From positions 18,713,879 through 18,777,878 of the forward strand of contig NC_052146.1 in NCBI RefSeq assembly GCF_902713615.1: a stretch of 64,000 nucleotides of DNA, in the 5' to 3' direction. The position numbers were made by a program, and so were the translations under genes. Positions 12,690-24,234 of the stretch are shown piece by piece. The notes beneath the pieces were generated by a model. That model saw nothing but the letters and a program-made list of their open reading frames with translations. It was not told the origin of the DNA and did no database searches. The DNA is from Scyliorhinus canicula. Lineage: Eukaryota. Position 1 is the first letter of the stretch. Each line of letters begins with the position of its first letter.

Positions 12690-13000
12690 AGGGTCTGGCT
12701 TGTCCGCTTGGACACTCGTCGGCGCGCGGGGTGGTGCTCGCGTGTTTTATGTCCGGGCGGCCGATCGCGGGTTTCGCCGCTGCGACTTTTGGTTCCGCGC
12801 CTGGCCGAAAGGTCCCTCCGCCTCCTCCCCCGCGCCCCCCCACCCCGCGGCTGGGGCTGGCAGCTGGGAGGCGTGTGCCGGGGCGGGAATGCGGAGCGGA
12901 GCCGGGGCCCGGTCGGAGGCTGGTGACAGGCTGGTCCGGGAGTTCCTGCAGAGCGGGGCGACTGTGAGGTGAGGTCGGGCCTGGGTCCCACCTCCTGGCC
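12690..13000 (+). promoter_or_regulatory. USP30: CpG-island promoter / first exon of USP30
   Basis: Dense CpG, GC box GGGGCGGG at ~12880, overlaps coding exon 1. Confidence 0.75.
12889..12968 (+). CDS. USP30: USP30 exon 1 (coding part)
   Basis: MRSGAGARSEAGDRLVREFLQSGATVR resembles human ..ADRAIQRFLRTGAAVR. Donor AG|GTGAGG, phase 2. Confidence 0.85.
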
Positions 13001-13446
13001 TGGAGCCTCACCCTGACCCCACCCCCACGGGGGGGGGGGGGGGGGGAGAGACATCAAAACCCGCACAGACAGGGCACCGACACCCCCATTCCGCTGGCCG
13101 CGCTCTGTCAGATGGGAAAATGTCAACGAGCTATTCGACTGTAGGGGGCATCACCAAGTGGCTTCTTCCAGGACCTGGCAGAAGGAGCTGTTTCCCCTTG
13201 TTGACCCCCTCCCCGGGCTGCTGAGGGCAACTGTCGCCGGCGGTCTTGTCCGCTGAGCTCCACCTGGGGGAATGGGGGCCATCCTTCCAGGGAGCCAGCA
13301 GTGGGCTCGACGGGCCGAACGCCTCGCCTCCTGTGTCTGCGTGAGCCATTCCCTCAGCACCAGCTTCAGGGTCGAACCTTCTTTTTGGACCCGGTGGAGT
13401 TGCTGGAGGTCCTGTCTGGAGGAGGTGACTGGGCAGCAGGACTCAT

Positions 13447-14716
13447 TGCCCAACTGCACCCAGACCGTCCGTCCAACTGCACCCTGACTGTTTGCCCCAC
13501 TGCACCCTGACCGTCTGCCCCACTGCACCCTGACCGTCTGCCCCACTGCACCCTGACCGTCTGCCCCACTGCACCCTGACCGTCTGCCCCACTGCACCCT
13601 GACCGTCTGCCCCACTGCACCCTGACCGTCTGCCCCACTGCACCCTGACCGTCTGCCCCACTGCACCCTGACCGTCTGCCCCACTGCACCCTGACCGTCT
13701 GCCCCACTGCACCCTGACCGTCTGCCCAACTGCACCCTGACCGTCTGCCCCACTGCACCCTGACCGTCTGCCCCACTGCACCCTGACCGTCTGCCCCACT
13801 GCACCCTGACCGTCTGCCCAACTGCACCCAGACCGTCTGCCCCACTGCACCCTGACCGTCTTCCCCACTGCACCCTGACCGTCTTCCCCACTGCACCCAG
13901 ACCGTCTGCCCAACTGCACCCAGACCGTCTGCCCAACTGCACCCAGACCGTCTGCCCAACTGCACCCAGACCGTCTGCCCAACTGCACCCTGACCGTCTG
14001 CCCAACTGCACCCTGACCGTCTGCCCAACTGCACCCTGACCGTCTGCCCAACTGCACCCTGACCGTCTGCCCAACTGCAGCCCTGACCGTCTGCCCAACT
14101 GCACCCTGACCGTCTGCCCAACTGCACCCTGACCGTCTGCCCAACTGCACCCTGACCGTCTGCCCAACTGCACCCTGACCGTCTGCCCAACTGCACCCTG
14201 ACCGTCTGCCCAACTGCAACCTGACCGTCTGCCCAACTGCACCCTGACCGTCTGCCCAACTGCACCCTGACCGTCTGCCCAACTGCACCCTGACCGTCTG
14301 CCCAACTGCACCCTGACCGTCTGCCCAACTGCAACCTGACCGTCTGCCCCACTGCACCCTGACCGTCTGCCCAACTGCACCCTGACCGTCTGCCCAACTG
14401 CACCTGCCGTCGGCCCAACTGCACCCTGACCGTCTGCCCAACTGCACCCTGACCGTCTGCCCAACTGCACCCTGACCGTCTGCCCAACTGCAACCTGACC
14501 GTCTGCCCAACTGCACCCTGACCGTCTGCCCAACTGCACCCTGACCGTCTGCCCAACTGCACCCTGACCGTCTGCCCAACTGCACCCTGACCGTCTGCCC
14601 AACTGCACCCTGACCGTCTGCCCAACTGCAACCTGACCGTCTGCCCAACTGCACCCTGACCTTCTGCCCAACTGCACCCTGACCTGCCCAACTGCACCCT
14701 GACCGTCTGCCCAACT
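13447..14716. repeat. 23-bp minisatellite (CTGCACCCTGACCGTCTGCCC[C/A]A), ~55 copies, USP30 intron 1
   Basis: Period 23 read directly (e.g. 13501 to 13524). Confidence 0.97.
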
Positions 14717-15422
14717 GACAAGTGCTTCTTCCCCCTTCTGAAACGGGGGCAGTGCATTGAGGTGGGGGGAAGGCGATGGGGTCCAAACTGAAAATTGTGG
14801 ACTCTGGGGAACCAATTATCCTCGTCCATTTCTCAGCTTTTTAAAAAGAAATCTGGTCCTATTCTGCTTGCCGTCATTCCACCATTGCTGTTTGTGGGCA
14901 CTTGCAATGTGCAATTTGGCTACACTTTAATTAGTCGTAAAGGGCTTTGAGATGAGGTTGCAAAAGGCGCTGTATAGCTATTGTCCCTTGAGTCAGTACG
15001 TGAAATAAACTTCCAGAAAGAATAGTGAGGTAAAAATCATGAAGTTTAAGAAGCAGTTGAGTGCTGCAGTGGGGTAAATGTTAGGACGCCTAAGGATGAG
15101 TGAACATTGATGAGCAGAATAGGTCTCTTGTGGTGATCTCGTGAACCCTCTTTGTGCTATTCACTTATCTGGGTAATGTTCTGATAACTAATTCCAAAGG
15201 CTTGTTGGGGACAGGAAACAGTTGTTGTTTTCAATGTGTTGGCCCAAGTATTTCCAAATCAGGGCAACGTGGGGCTTCCAGGGGACTTGCAGGTGGTGCC
15301 GTTCCCATGCATCTGCTGCCCATGTCCTGATGGATAGAGAGACTGTGTTTTTGGGAGGTAGCATCAAGAAAGGAATGGGATTTGGCAACAAACAACAAAA
15401 AGATCGATTTATTATTTTACAG

Positions 15423-15532
15423 GAATAGAATGATGAAGAACTGGGGTGTTATCGGAGGAATAGCTGCAGCTTTAGCAGCCAGCATCTACGTACTGTGGGG
15501 ACCAATCAGTGAAAGAAAGAGACGCAGGAAAG
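15423..15532 (+). CDS. USP30: USP30 exon 2 (outer-mitochondrial-membrane anchor)
   Basis: NRMMKNWGVIGGIAAALAASIYVLWGPISERKRRRK; ttacAG acceptor, G|GTACTG donor. Confidence 0.95.
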
Positions 15533-15615
15533 GTACTGTACAAGAGGAATGTATCTGTTAGAAATTGCTTCAAAGTGGTTGTGGTGTTCTTTGTGATTCT
15601 TGTTCTCAGAATGAA

Positions 15616-15927
15616 TGTTGTAGTGTTCACAAAGGCTAGGTTCATAAACAAGCTAACATTTATTTACACTACTTAAATTAAGTTCAACCACTTAGTCCCA
15701 AAGTAAACAACAAAATAATCTATAATCTATACTCAACTACACCAGTCTCTTCACTTTGTGCAATACTGTACTGCACTCACTATCACTGCTCTCTAGCTAT
15801 CCTCTCCAGCTCTCTCCCAGAGATCTGAGTCACTGCTTTCATATACTTCTGTAACTAGCTCCATCTAGTGGTTATCTACATCATTACATTAACCCTTTGT
15901 TATCTGTACATTTCCTATAATGTCACA
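15616..15927 (-). mobile_element. Probable solo LTR (Gypsy-type)
   Basis: TG...CA ends; on the minus strand a TATA-like motif is followed by AATAAA. No clean TSD found. Confidence 0.5.
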
Positions 15928-15999
15928 TAGAACATAGAGGGCACCCTTTTCTTATATTTTGTTACCTTTTCTGTTTGACTATCTTTTTTAATTCATTTT

Positions 16000-16350
16000 T
16001 CCTTTCATGGGTGGTGGGTGTTGCTGGCTAAGCCAGCATTTGTTGCCCATCCCTAATTGCCCTTGAACCGAGTAGCTTGCTCGGCCATTTCAGAGGGCAG
16101 TTGAGATTCAACCACATTGCTATGGGCCTGGAGTCACCATGTCAGCCAGACCGGGGAAGGGGGACAGATTTCCTTCCCTCAAGTGAGCCCAGAATGGGTT
16201 TTTAACGGCGACTAATGATGGTCCTCATGGTCACCATTACTGTGACTGGCTTCTCAATTGCAGATTTTATTAACTGAATTTAAATTCCACCGTAGTGGGA
16301 TTTGAACGCCCCACCCGAGAATTAGCCCGGGCCTTGACACTACCTCTGGA
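16000..16350 (-). mobile_element. tRNA-derived SINE sharing its 3' tail with the L2/CR1-like LINE
   Basis: Homologous to 35815-36160 and 62750-63110; tail CAAGGGCAATTAGGGATGGGCAA..TGCTGGC also ends the LINE at 34810-35670. Confidence 0.7.
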
Positions 16351-16683
16351 TCCCAGCATCTGTCCCGCGTTTGGCAGTTCCCGAACCTAAAATACTCGTG
16401 CCTCTTTCCTTCATGCGAGACAGACAGCTGCTTTTGAACTGTCCAAACATCGGGTGATAACCTATTCTGTAGTGAAATGAAAGCATACAAAGCCACTCAG
16501 AGCAGCCTGTACCCAATCCCACTGTCTGCCTGGTGTAGCCTTAAAAATCAATGTAAACCATGCACAAATATCGACAGTTACTGTTGCTCAGACATAAACT
16601 GGTTGCGTTTGGCTGTTCTGATTTGTGCCTTGTGATCTACACTAGTGGACAGTTTATTTTTCTGAACGTTGCCTTCCTAGCAC

Positions 16684-16872
16684 AGGGGCTGGTTTAGCAC
16701 AGAGCTCAATAGCTAGCTTTTAAAGCAGACCAAGGCAGGCCAGCAGCACGGTTCAATTCCCGTACCAGCCTCCCCGAACAGGCGGCGGAATATGGCGACT
16801 AGGGGCTTTTCACAGTAACTTCATTGAAGCCTACTCGTGACAATAAGCGATTTTCATTTAATTTTCATTTTC
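16684..16872 (+). mobile_element. Short SINE with Rex1-like stem-loop tail and (TTTCA)n end
   Basis: Full-length, little-diverged copy of the family. Confidence 0.85.
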
Positions 16873-17607
16873 AACTATTTGAAGAAGTTGTTTTTTTTCA
16901 TCAGAACCTTTTTAAATTAAATGATCATAACTAACATTAATGCTCTTTTTGATTCACCAATTTTTAAATACATGGGGCACTGCGTGATGTGGGAAGAGCC
17001 TAGGGTTGTTCTCCTTAGAATAAAGATTAAATCATAAAAAGTACCAGCAAAGCTTAACACTGTGGCTCCTTGAATTCAATAAGGTCATGGCTAAACGTCC
17101 ACATCAACTCCACTTTCCTGCTCTTTTCCCATATTTCTCGATTCCCTTAGCGTCCAAAAATCCATCTCTCTGTATCTTGCATGTACTCGATGCCGGATTA
17201 TTCAAATCCCCCTGCGATCGGCAGATTTAATCAGTGAGGGAATCAAGGGCTCTGGGGATAATGCGGAAAAGCGGAGTTGAGGATTATCCCATCAGATCAG
17301 TCATTAACTAATTGAATGGTGGAGCAGACTCAATGGGCAGAATGGCCTATTTCTTCTCCTGCGCGTATGGTCCAGAGAATGCTGAAGCTTCACAATCCTT
17401 TGATTGAAGATGTTTCTCCATTTTTCAGTTCTAAATGGTAGACACCTTATGCTAAGTCTACGACTCCAGTCCTAGACTCCCTGGCCAGCAGAAAGAACCT
17501 CTCAGAAGTGTTTAAACATTTACCATTGTTTATCCACTGTCATATTATGCTCACTCTTCCTCAGAGGGTCCTTTGCTACAATGTTATTAATTAGTCCTCT
17601 CATTAAT

Positions 17608-17960
17608 GCAGCACGGTAGCCTTGTGGTTAGCACAATTGCTTCACAGCTCCAGGGTCCCAGGTTCGATTCTGGCTTGGGTCACTGTCCGTGCGGAGTCTG
17701 CACATCCTCCCTGTGTGTGCGCGGGTTTCCTCCGGGTGCTCCGGTTTCCTCCCACAGTCCAAAGATGTGCAGGTTAGGTGGATTGGACATGATAAATTGC
17801 CCTTAGTGTCCAAAGTTGCCCTTAGTGTTGGGTGGGGTTACTGGGTTATGGGGATAAGGTGGAGGTGTTGACCTTGGGTAGGGTGCTCTTTCCAAGAGCC
17901 GGTGCAGACTCGATGGGCCGAATGGCCTCCTCCTGCACTGTCAATTCTATGCTATCTATG
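17608..17960 (+). mobile_element. HE1-type SINE with CR1-derived tail
   Basis: tRNA head, core and GATGGGCCGAATGGCCTCC tail. Confidence 0.88.
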
Positions 17961-19964
17961 ATTGCACAATCTAAAAAAGGCTATTCCATCACCAGTTCAG
18001 AGAGAGGAGATAGATTTAACAGAGGTGTTCATAATCGTGAAGGGTTTTGATAGAGTAATTAAGGAGAAACTGTTTCCAGTGTCAGAAGGGTTGGCCACCA
18101 GAAGACACCGATTTAAGGTAATGGGCAAAAGGAGCAGAGTGGGGACAGGGAGTTAATTTTAATGCAGCAAGCTATTATGATCTGGAATGCACAGCTTGAA
18201 AGGGTGGTTGGTAGAAGTAGATTCAGTGGAAGCATTTTAAAGGAAATTGAATAAATACTCGAAGAGGGAAAATATGTAGGGCTACGGGAAAAGTGCAAAG
18301 AGGGAGCAACTAATTGGATAGCTCTTTCACAAGGCTAGCCCAGGTACAATGGGCCAAATGGCCTCCTTTCCTGTATTATTCTATGAATCTGACTCCGAGT
18401 GGGGGGATAATTGAGCATTTTGTTTTGTCTGTTGGCTGTACCGATCCTATTTGAAATGAGTTTGGTTGGTCTCAGATGCAGTCTCAGCCATTGTGGGCCC
18501 CCATGTTCAGACATTAATTGGCGACCTTAGGGTGGATAAGCGTTTCAACTGGTGCAGTCGGGCGTGAAGTTGGAATTTTGATGCAGGGTATATGTGCCTC
18601 TCTCAGCATCTTGCTATGTAACAGCTGACCTTCGGCTTGATGCAGAGACTGGGTACCTGCAAGAGGAGAGCGTGCCATCTCCCAGTGCTCTCATCCCTCG
18701 CCTTGAGCAGAAACCTTCACAAAATGGACAAGACACTTTCCGCAGCTCGTTTCTTGACCAGTGAACCCCGATAGCATTGTCGCGATGTGTTGTCTTCAAG
18801 GTGCCACTGAGGTCGGCCGCTGTTAAGGACTGAATTGTTGTTGTCATCGATCAGGGAAGGATGATTCAGCATTGACTGGGATATGCTAATTCAGCTCTGT
18901 CAAATGGTCAGGCTCAGTAACCTTGCCAAGCTAACATGTTACCATCAGCACTTCGCCTTTAAGGAAAAAAAAATCCTTTTAAACTATCAGCCCGCATGGA
19001 TGGAGAGAAACAGAAAGATGCTTTGATGTTAAATCATGATTTTTTGTAACTGTTTAATATTTAAAAGTAACCCTGATGGTAAGACGCTCTGGTTTTTCTC
19101 TCTTTATCTCTCTCTCTCTCTGCTTCCTCTCATCCCTCTCTCTCGCACACTAGTATTATTAAGTGTTGAGGCAAAGTAGCTTGGAGGAGTCATCGGTTCT
19201 GAGTGAAGCAGTCAGAATTAACAGCTGGAGAGTCGAAACTCAAAACTTCCATCGTGTCTCTACGCTCCCTCCAGAAGAGCTGTAATGACAGTGAGCTGGG
19301 TGGAGGAGGATTGGATATATGGCTTCTCAGCCAGGGAATATGGATTTATTTTTATATTATTTACTATCGAATGTCGCTTGACATTGCTTAGTGTTGGACT
19401 GCAGCTTGTTTGCGATAGATGGACATTAATGTGACCTGCTGTAAGACCACTGCTCCTGTACGCTCTGCATGAATCCAAGTCATTGTAGGTCATTTTCAGG
19501 TTAGTTTGAAGTCAGTAAATTCCTTTGTAAATTTCCACTTCCTGGGTGAAATTACCTTATTTTAATCATTGTATTGCATTTGGGACAAAGTGTTTTGAAT
19601 GCAGTGTGATGGCTCTGCAGGACTATCTCAGAATACATTTCCAGGCTTGGCTTATGTCCAGACTGTGGCTGCTGGTGGCTTCCCATTCCCTGGCAATCCA
19701 GCCCTTTGAGCCAATGCAACTCCGTCCAACTGGTGTCTATCCACTGGAAGTTTGGAACGGACGGTTCTCAATGTTTTAACCTCTCAGATGGACCTATGAT
19801 AAACACGAGTGTTTTGATCGGTTAAGCTTTGCGGCCGGTGCAACGTAAAAAGGGGGCAATGATTTAATCGTCGCGGCGGTGAGGTGTCTGATACGGTTAA
19901 TGGGCCAGTTTAATAACTGGTTTGCTCAGAGCTGATTGTGACATTGGATATTGTTCTTTTCCAG

Positions 19965-20147
19965 GCCTAGTTCCAGGCCTCTTGAACCTGGGAAACACCT
20001 GCTTTATGAACTCCCTGGTCCAGGGGCTGGCTGCTTGTCCGTCCTTCATCCGTTGGCTCGATGATTTCACCAGGCGTTACAATCTGGATAGTCCCCAGGA
20101 AGAGCGTTGTCCGTATCTCTCTGTCACGCTTCTCCGATTACTCCGAG
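19965..20147 (+). CDS. USP30: USP30 exon 3 (Cys box)
   Basis: LVPGLLNLGNTCFMNSLVQGLAACP...; 183 nt, canonical splice sites. Confidence 0.97.
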
Positions 20148-21309
20148 GTGAGATACTGAGCAGGAAGGGGACCAGGTTAAAGATCAAAGTACTGACAGAT
20201 CTTTTTCTATGGTGGAAGCGAGAGGCAGCAAAAACAGCGCGGACCAACAGAAATAACCATTCACCATTGCAGTTGGTCGTTGCATTGTGCTCTTTTATCA
20301 TTCATTCATAACATGCGATTGCTGCTGGCTAGGCCAGCACTTATTACCCTCCCCTAATTGCCCTTGAGAACGTGGTGGTGAGCTGCTTTCTCGAGCTGCT
20401 GCAGGACGGCCATGTGGTGCTTGATACAGCCAACTTGCTGCCAGGAAGGAGGTTCCCCCCCCTTTCCGGCAATGCCCCCTGGCACTGCCAAGGCTACTGT
20501 CGAGGCCTGATTCCGCCCCCACCCCTCTCCTGAGTCTGTACTCACCTGTGCACCCCCTGTGAAGGCCATATGCCAGGTTTCCATTGGTCCAGACTTGTTG
20601 TGGGGGGGGGGGGGGGGGGGAATAATGCAGCAGGAATTCCCCCCCCCCCCCCCCATGTTTCAGGTTGATGACCCTTCTCATCAGAATTCTGATGAAATAC
20701 TTTTGATGATAGGTCATTGACTTGAAACCTGTTCCTCTCCACAGCAGCTTCCTGACCTGAGGAGAAATGAGAATTGTTTTACTCGGCAAGCCATATGATC
20801 CGGAATGCACTGCCTGAAAATGTAGTGGGAGCAGGTTGAATAATAACTTGCAAAAGAGAATTTGATGAACATTTGGGGGGAAAAAAATTGTGGTGTCCTA
20901 GTGACAGAGAGAGGGTGATCGTTCTCAGAACCAGCATAGGTACGAGAGGCCGAATGGCCTCCTGTGCTTGTGTGATTCCATGGTTGTGGATTCCTGTCTA
21001 TCCATTCCATTTCAAGATCTCTCATTTCTTCTGTTGGTTGAAGTTTTAAAAAACCCAGAATTATTTCAAAGGTCAAACAGTTCAGGAGTCAGCAATTCGT
21101 TCTCTCCCATTTCTTGCCTTCTCTCCCACTCCTGCTTGGGGGCAGTCCAGTGGGAGTCGGCGTCCCTTCTGCCAAGTGGGTATCCTTCACGTGTGAACAT
21201 AGTCGGCACCACAGCCGAGCCTGATCGGATTGCTCCCCCTGTGTATGGATGATGTTAATGTCATGTCAATTGCGTTGTTAAGCATAAGAGAAACGGGTCA
21301 TGGATATTC

Positions 21310-22110
21310 ATTGCCTTTCAGCACATCTGATTAGGGAATATCTCAGGCCACCTGCTGTGGAGGAGGTGGGCAGATCAGAGGACCTCCTCATGGGCCTGGC
21401 CCTAGCCAAGGTGGCCATTAACAGGTCCAGGTAGTGGGCAGATGAGGGGGCCATTAGACCTGACTGCCACTCTTCCGCTGCTATGTTTGCAGGTACACTC
21501 GAGTCGTTCCGTGACCGGTGTGCACCACAGGGGCTGGAGTGCATTATCAGCCCCAGGAACATCATTTCAATTTAAGTACTTAAGTTTCCTTTGAAAGTTT
21601 CCTTTTTGTTACTGTCCTCTCTTAAGGGACTGCCTCCCCTGTTCAATGTTTATTTTATTGCCAATTTACAGATTTTTAAAAGAGTATATAAAAAAGGCGA
21701 TATCTTAGGCGGATATCTCCGCACCCGGTGTGGAGTGGGGCAGGGCAGATTGGAGGTCCTCCTTGTGCATCTGGGCCTGGCTAAAGTGGCCATTAACTGG
21801 TCCAATCAACGGGCCGTAGAGGGGGTTGTGAGACACAAATGTCTGCCCTGTTCAGCTACATTCGTGTCCGCGTGTCCCTGGAAAGGGAACACGTGATGTC
21901 CACTGGTGCGCTTGAAGCCTTCCGTAACCGGTGGGTGGGCACCACAGGGACATCATCAGCCACAGGAACGACATTTTAATTTAATTAGATACGGTCCCTT
22001 TGAAAGTTCTATTTTTGTTACAGTATCCCTTCACGGGACTATCACCCCTGTTACTAGTTTATTAGTTTATTTCATTGGTTATTTACTGTTTCTAAAAAGA
22101 TCACATAATT
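21310..22110 (+). mobile_element. Two tandem, diverged 3' ends of a Tx1-like LINE
   Basis: Segments ~21340-21690 and ~21720-22110 share GGCCTGGC..AA.GTGGCCATTAAC.GGTCC and an AT-rich tail. Confidence 0.55.
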
Positions 22111-22764
22111 AGGGGTTAGCTGGGACACTGGGTTGTGTAGGAGGAGAGTTGTGAGACTGAATAAGTCAATAAACTCTCGTAATAAAGAAAAGCTACGTGT
22201 CTTGGTTTTGGCTTCACCAACCGGCTTGGTTGAGGTCAGCCGCTGATTGATCTGAACTGTTTGTCCCTCCCTTCACCAGCTCAGCAACACTAAGGCGTAT
22301 TGCGTCGCCTCCGTTGCCATCCTGATTAAGGTGAGCTGTCTCAGCACAAACCAGGGATTGAATAGTGGGCAACTTTTCCAATAAACCTTTCTCTACTTAC
22401 GGCAGACTGGACTAGTTAATTTGCAGTGCTTCGAAATGCAGTGTGGGTTTTCCCAGCAGGATCAGGAATTCAACAGCAAAACTTCTAAAAGTTTCTTGCT
22501 GTAGTTTGTCAGTATTTGCAAAGTGTATTGATCACCGTAGACATATAAGTGTACTTCATATCTGTGATGTGCTTTGGGATGTCCTGAGGTTTTAAGAGGT
22601 GCTATATAAATGCAAACCCCCCCTCCCCCTTCCATTAAATGAAATGTGTTTCCATTGAGCTGTAGTTCAGATGCAGGTCTGAGCTCTCCTGATGGCTGGA
22701 TGAAGCAAGGGCCAAGGGGAAAGTTGCACATCGCATGTTTTATCTTCTGCTTTTCTGCTGCTAG

Positions 22765-22868
22765 TATTATCCAATGGGGAAGAGACTGCAGAGGATGTGG
22801 TGGATGCAGGAAGTCTCCTGGAAGTCTTGAGGATGTACAAATGGCAAATGTCTTCATTTGAAGAACAG
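22765..22868 (+). CDS. USP30: USP30 exon 4
   Basis: LSNGEETAEDVVDAGSLLEVLRMYKWQMSSFEEQ; 104 nt. Confidence 0.95.
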
Positions 22869-23004
22869 GTAAACAAGACATCGAAGAGCCTGTGGTGTTA
22901 TCACAGCTGAAGGAGTAAGACTGCTGTATGAATACACTCAATCATCAACCAATAGGAGACGGGGAGATCTTGCGTGGTTAGTTAATTTCATCATAGAATA
23001 GAAT

Positions 23005-23322
23005 AGAGCATAGAATCCCTACGGTGCAGAAGGCCATTCAGCCCATTGAGTGTGCACCGACCCTTCAAAAGAACACCCCACCAAGGCCCAATTCCCTGCC
23101 CTAACCTTGTAACCCCACTCAACCTTTGGACACTTAGGGGCAATTTAGCATGGCCAATCCAGCTAACCTGCACATCTTTGGAATGTGGGTGGAAATAGGA
23201 GCACCCGGAGGAAACCCACGCACACACGGGGAGAACGTGCAAACCCACACAGTCATCCGAGGTCAGATTCGAACCCAAGTCCCTGGCGCTGTGAGGCAGC
23301 AGTGCTAGCCACCGTGCCGCCC
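23005..23322 (-). mobile_element. HE1-type SINE with CR1-derived tail
   Basis: Family homology; (TTCTA)n end. Confidence 0.85.
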
Positions 23323-23790
23323 ACTATCACTTTCAGTGATCGAAACTGGCCTCCGGTCCTTCCCTGTACCATCAGTGAGCTTCCTTCAACAAATCTGTGA
23401 GCCCAGGGAAGACACCATGTTAAGGAACTACTGCTGCTGTACCAGGCCAAATGACCATCTCCCGCTGTCAATTTTATGATTCTCTATATTGTCATCCATA
23501 CCAACACCGGAGGGTCATTTACTTCATTTCACTTCCTGTGCCATCACTGATAGCGTTTGGCTGATTGAGCTTCTGTCAATGATATCTCTGTTTCTGTGTT
23601 TTGTCCACATGTGTCTACTTGTAAACAGCGGTCTGGCAAAATGGCAAACGTGAAAAAATATGCCGAATCCCTCCCTGAGCCATTCCTCCTTGTGTGCGAG
23701 AGTGCTCGTTCCTGTCACATCTGAACCTCTTTCTGACCCCTTTTCCTGTTTCCACTAAGTAACGGCATGCTTCTAACCTTGTGCCGGCAG

Positions 23791-23889
23791 GACGCTCATG
23801 AATTGTTCCACATTCTCACTGCCGCCCTGGAGGATGAGAGAGATCGCCAGCCTCGAGTTGCACATTTATTCGACGTTCGATCTCTGGAG
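23791..23889 (+). CDS. USP30: USP30 exon 5
   Basis: DAHELFHILTAALEDERDRQPRVAHLFDVRSLE; 99 nt. Confidence 0.97.
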
Positions 23890-24234
23890 GTAAAATAGCT
23901 TTTACACTGGGATTGTGTTCTAAAGGCTCCACGTTCTGATGTGACGACAAGACACGTTGTGACTGAGGTGTTTTAAGGAAAGCCCGTCACCTTTTGTTGC
24001 ATCCAACATTGAACCGGGCTTTTAAAAAGGAACTGTGTACAAACACCAAATAGTTTGATCACGATTGTTGCGTGTTTCAGTTTATTTCCCCGGAATAATT
24101 TGGAAATAATTGACCTTTTTTATATAGCATGTTTTCAATCAAAGTGAGTTCAAGAAGGCACGCACTGCAATTGCTCAGACACTTTCTCGATAATGAGCCA
24201 TGTCTTGAAAATGTGTATGTACGAAAACTAATTG

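Noticed and set aside
13447-14716. CRISPR-like array
   Set aside because: Units are contiguous with no unique spacers, the context is eukaryotic, and there are no cas genes.
13151-14829. Long minus-strand ORFs of 554, 487 and 447 aa
   Set aside because: They are translations of a 23-bp repeat that has no stop codon on that strand; all three frames give the same cycling peptide.
17608-17690. tRNA genes at SINE heads (also 28796, 45743 and others)
   Set aside because: The A/B-box heads run directly into SINE bodies and lack a complete cloverleaf.
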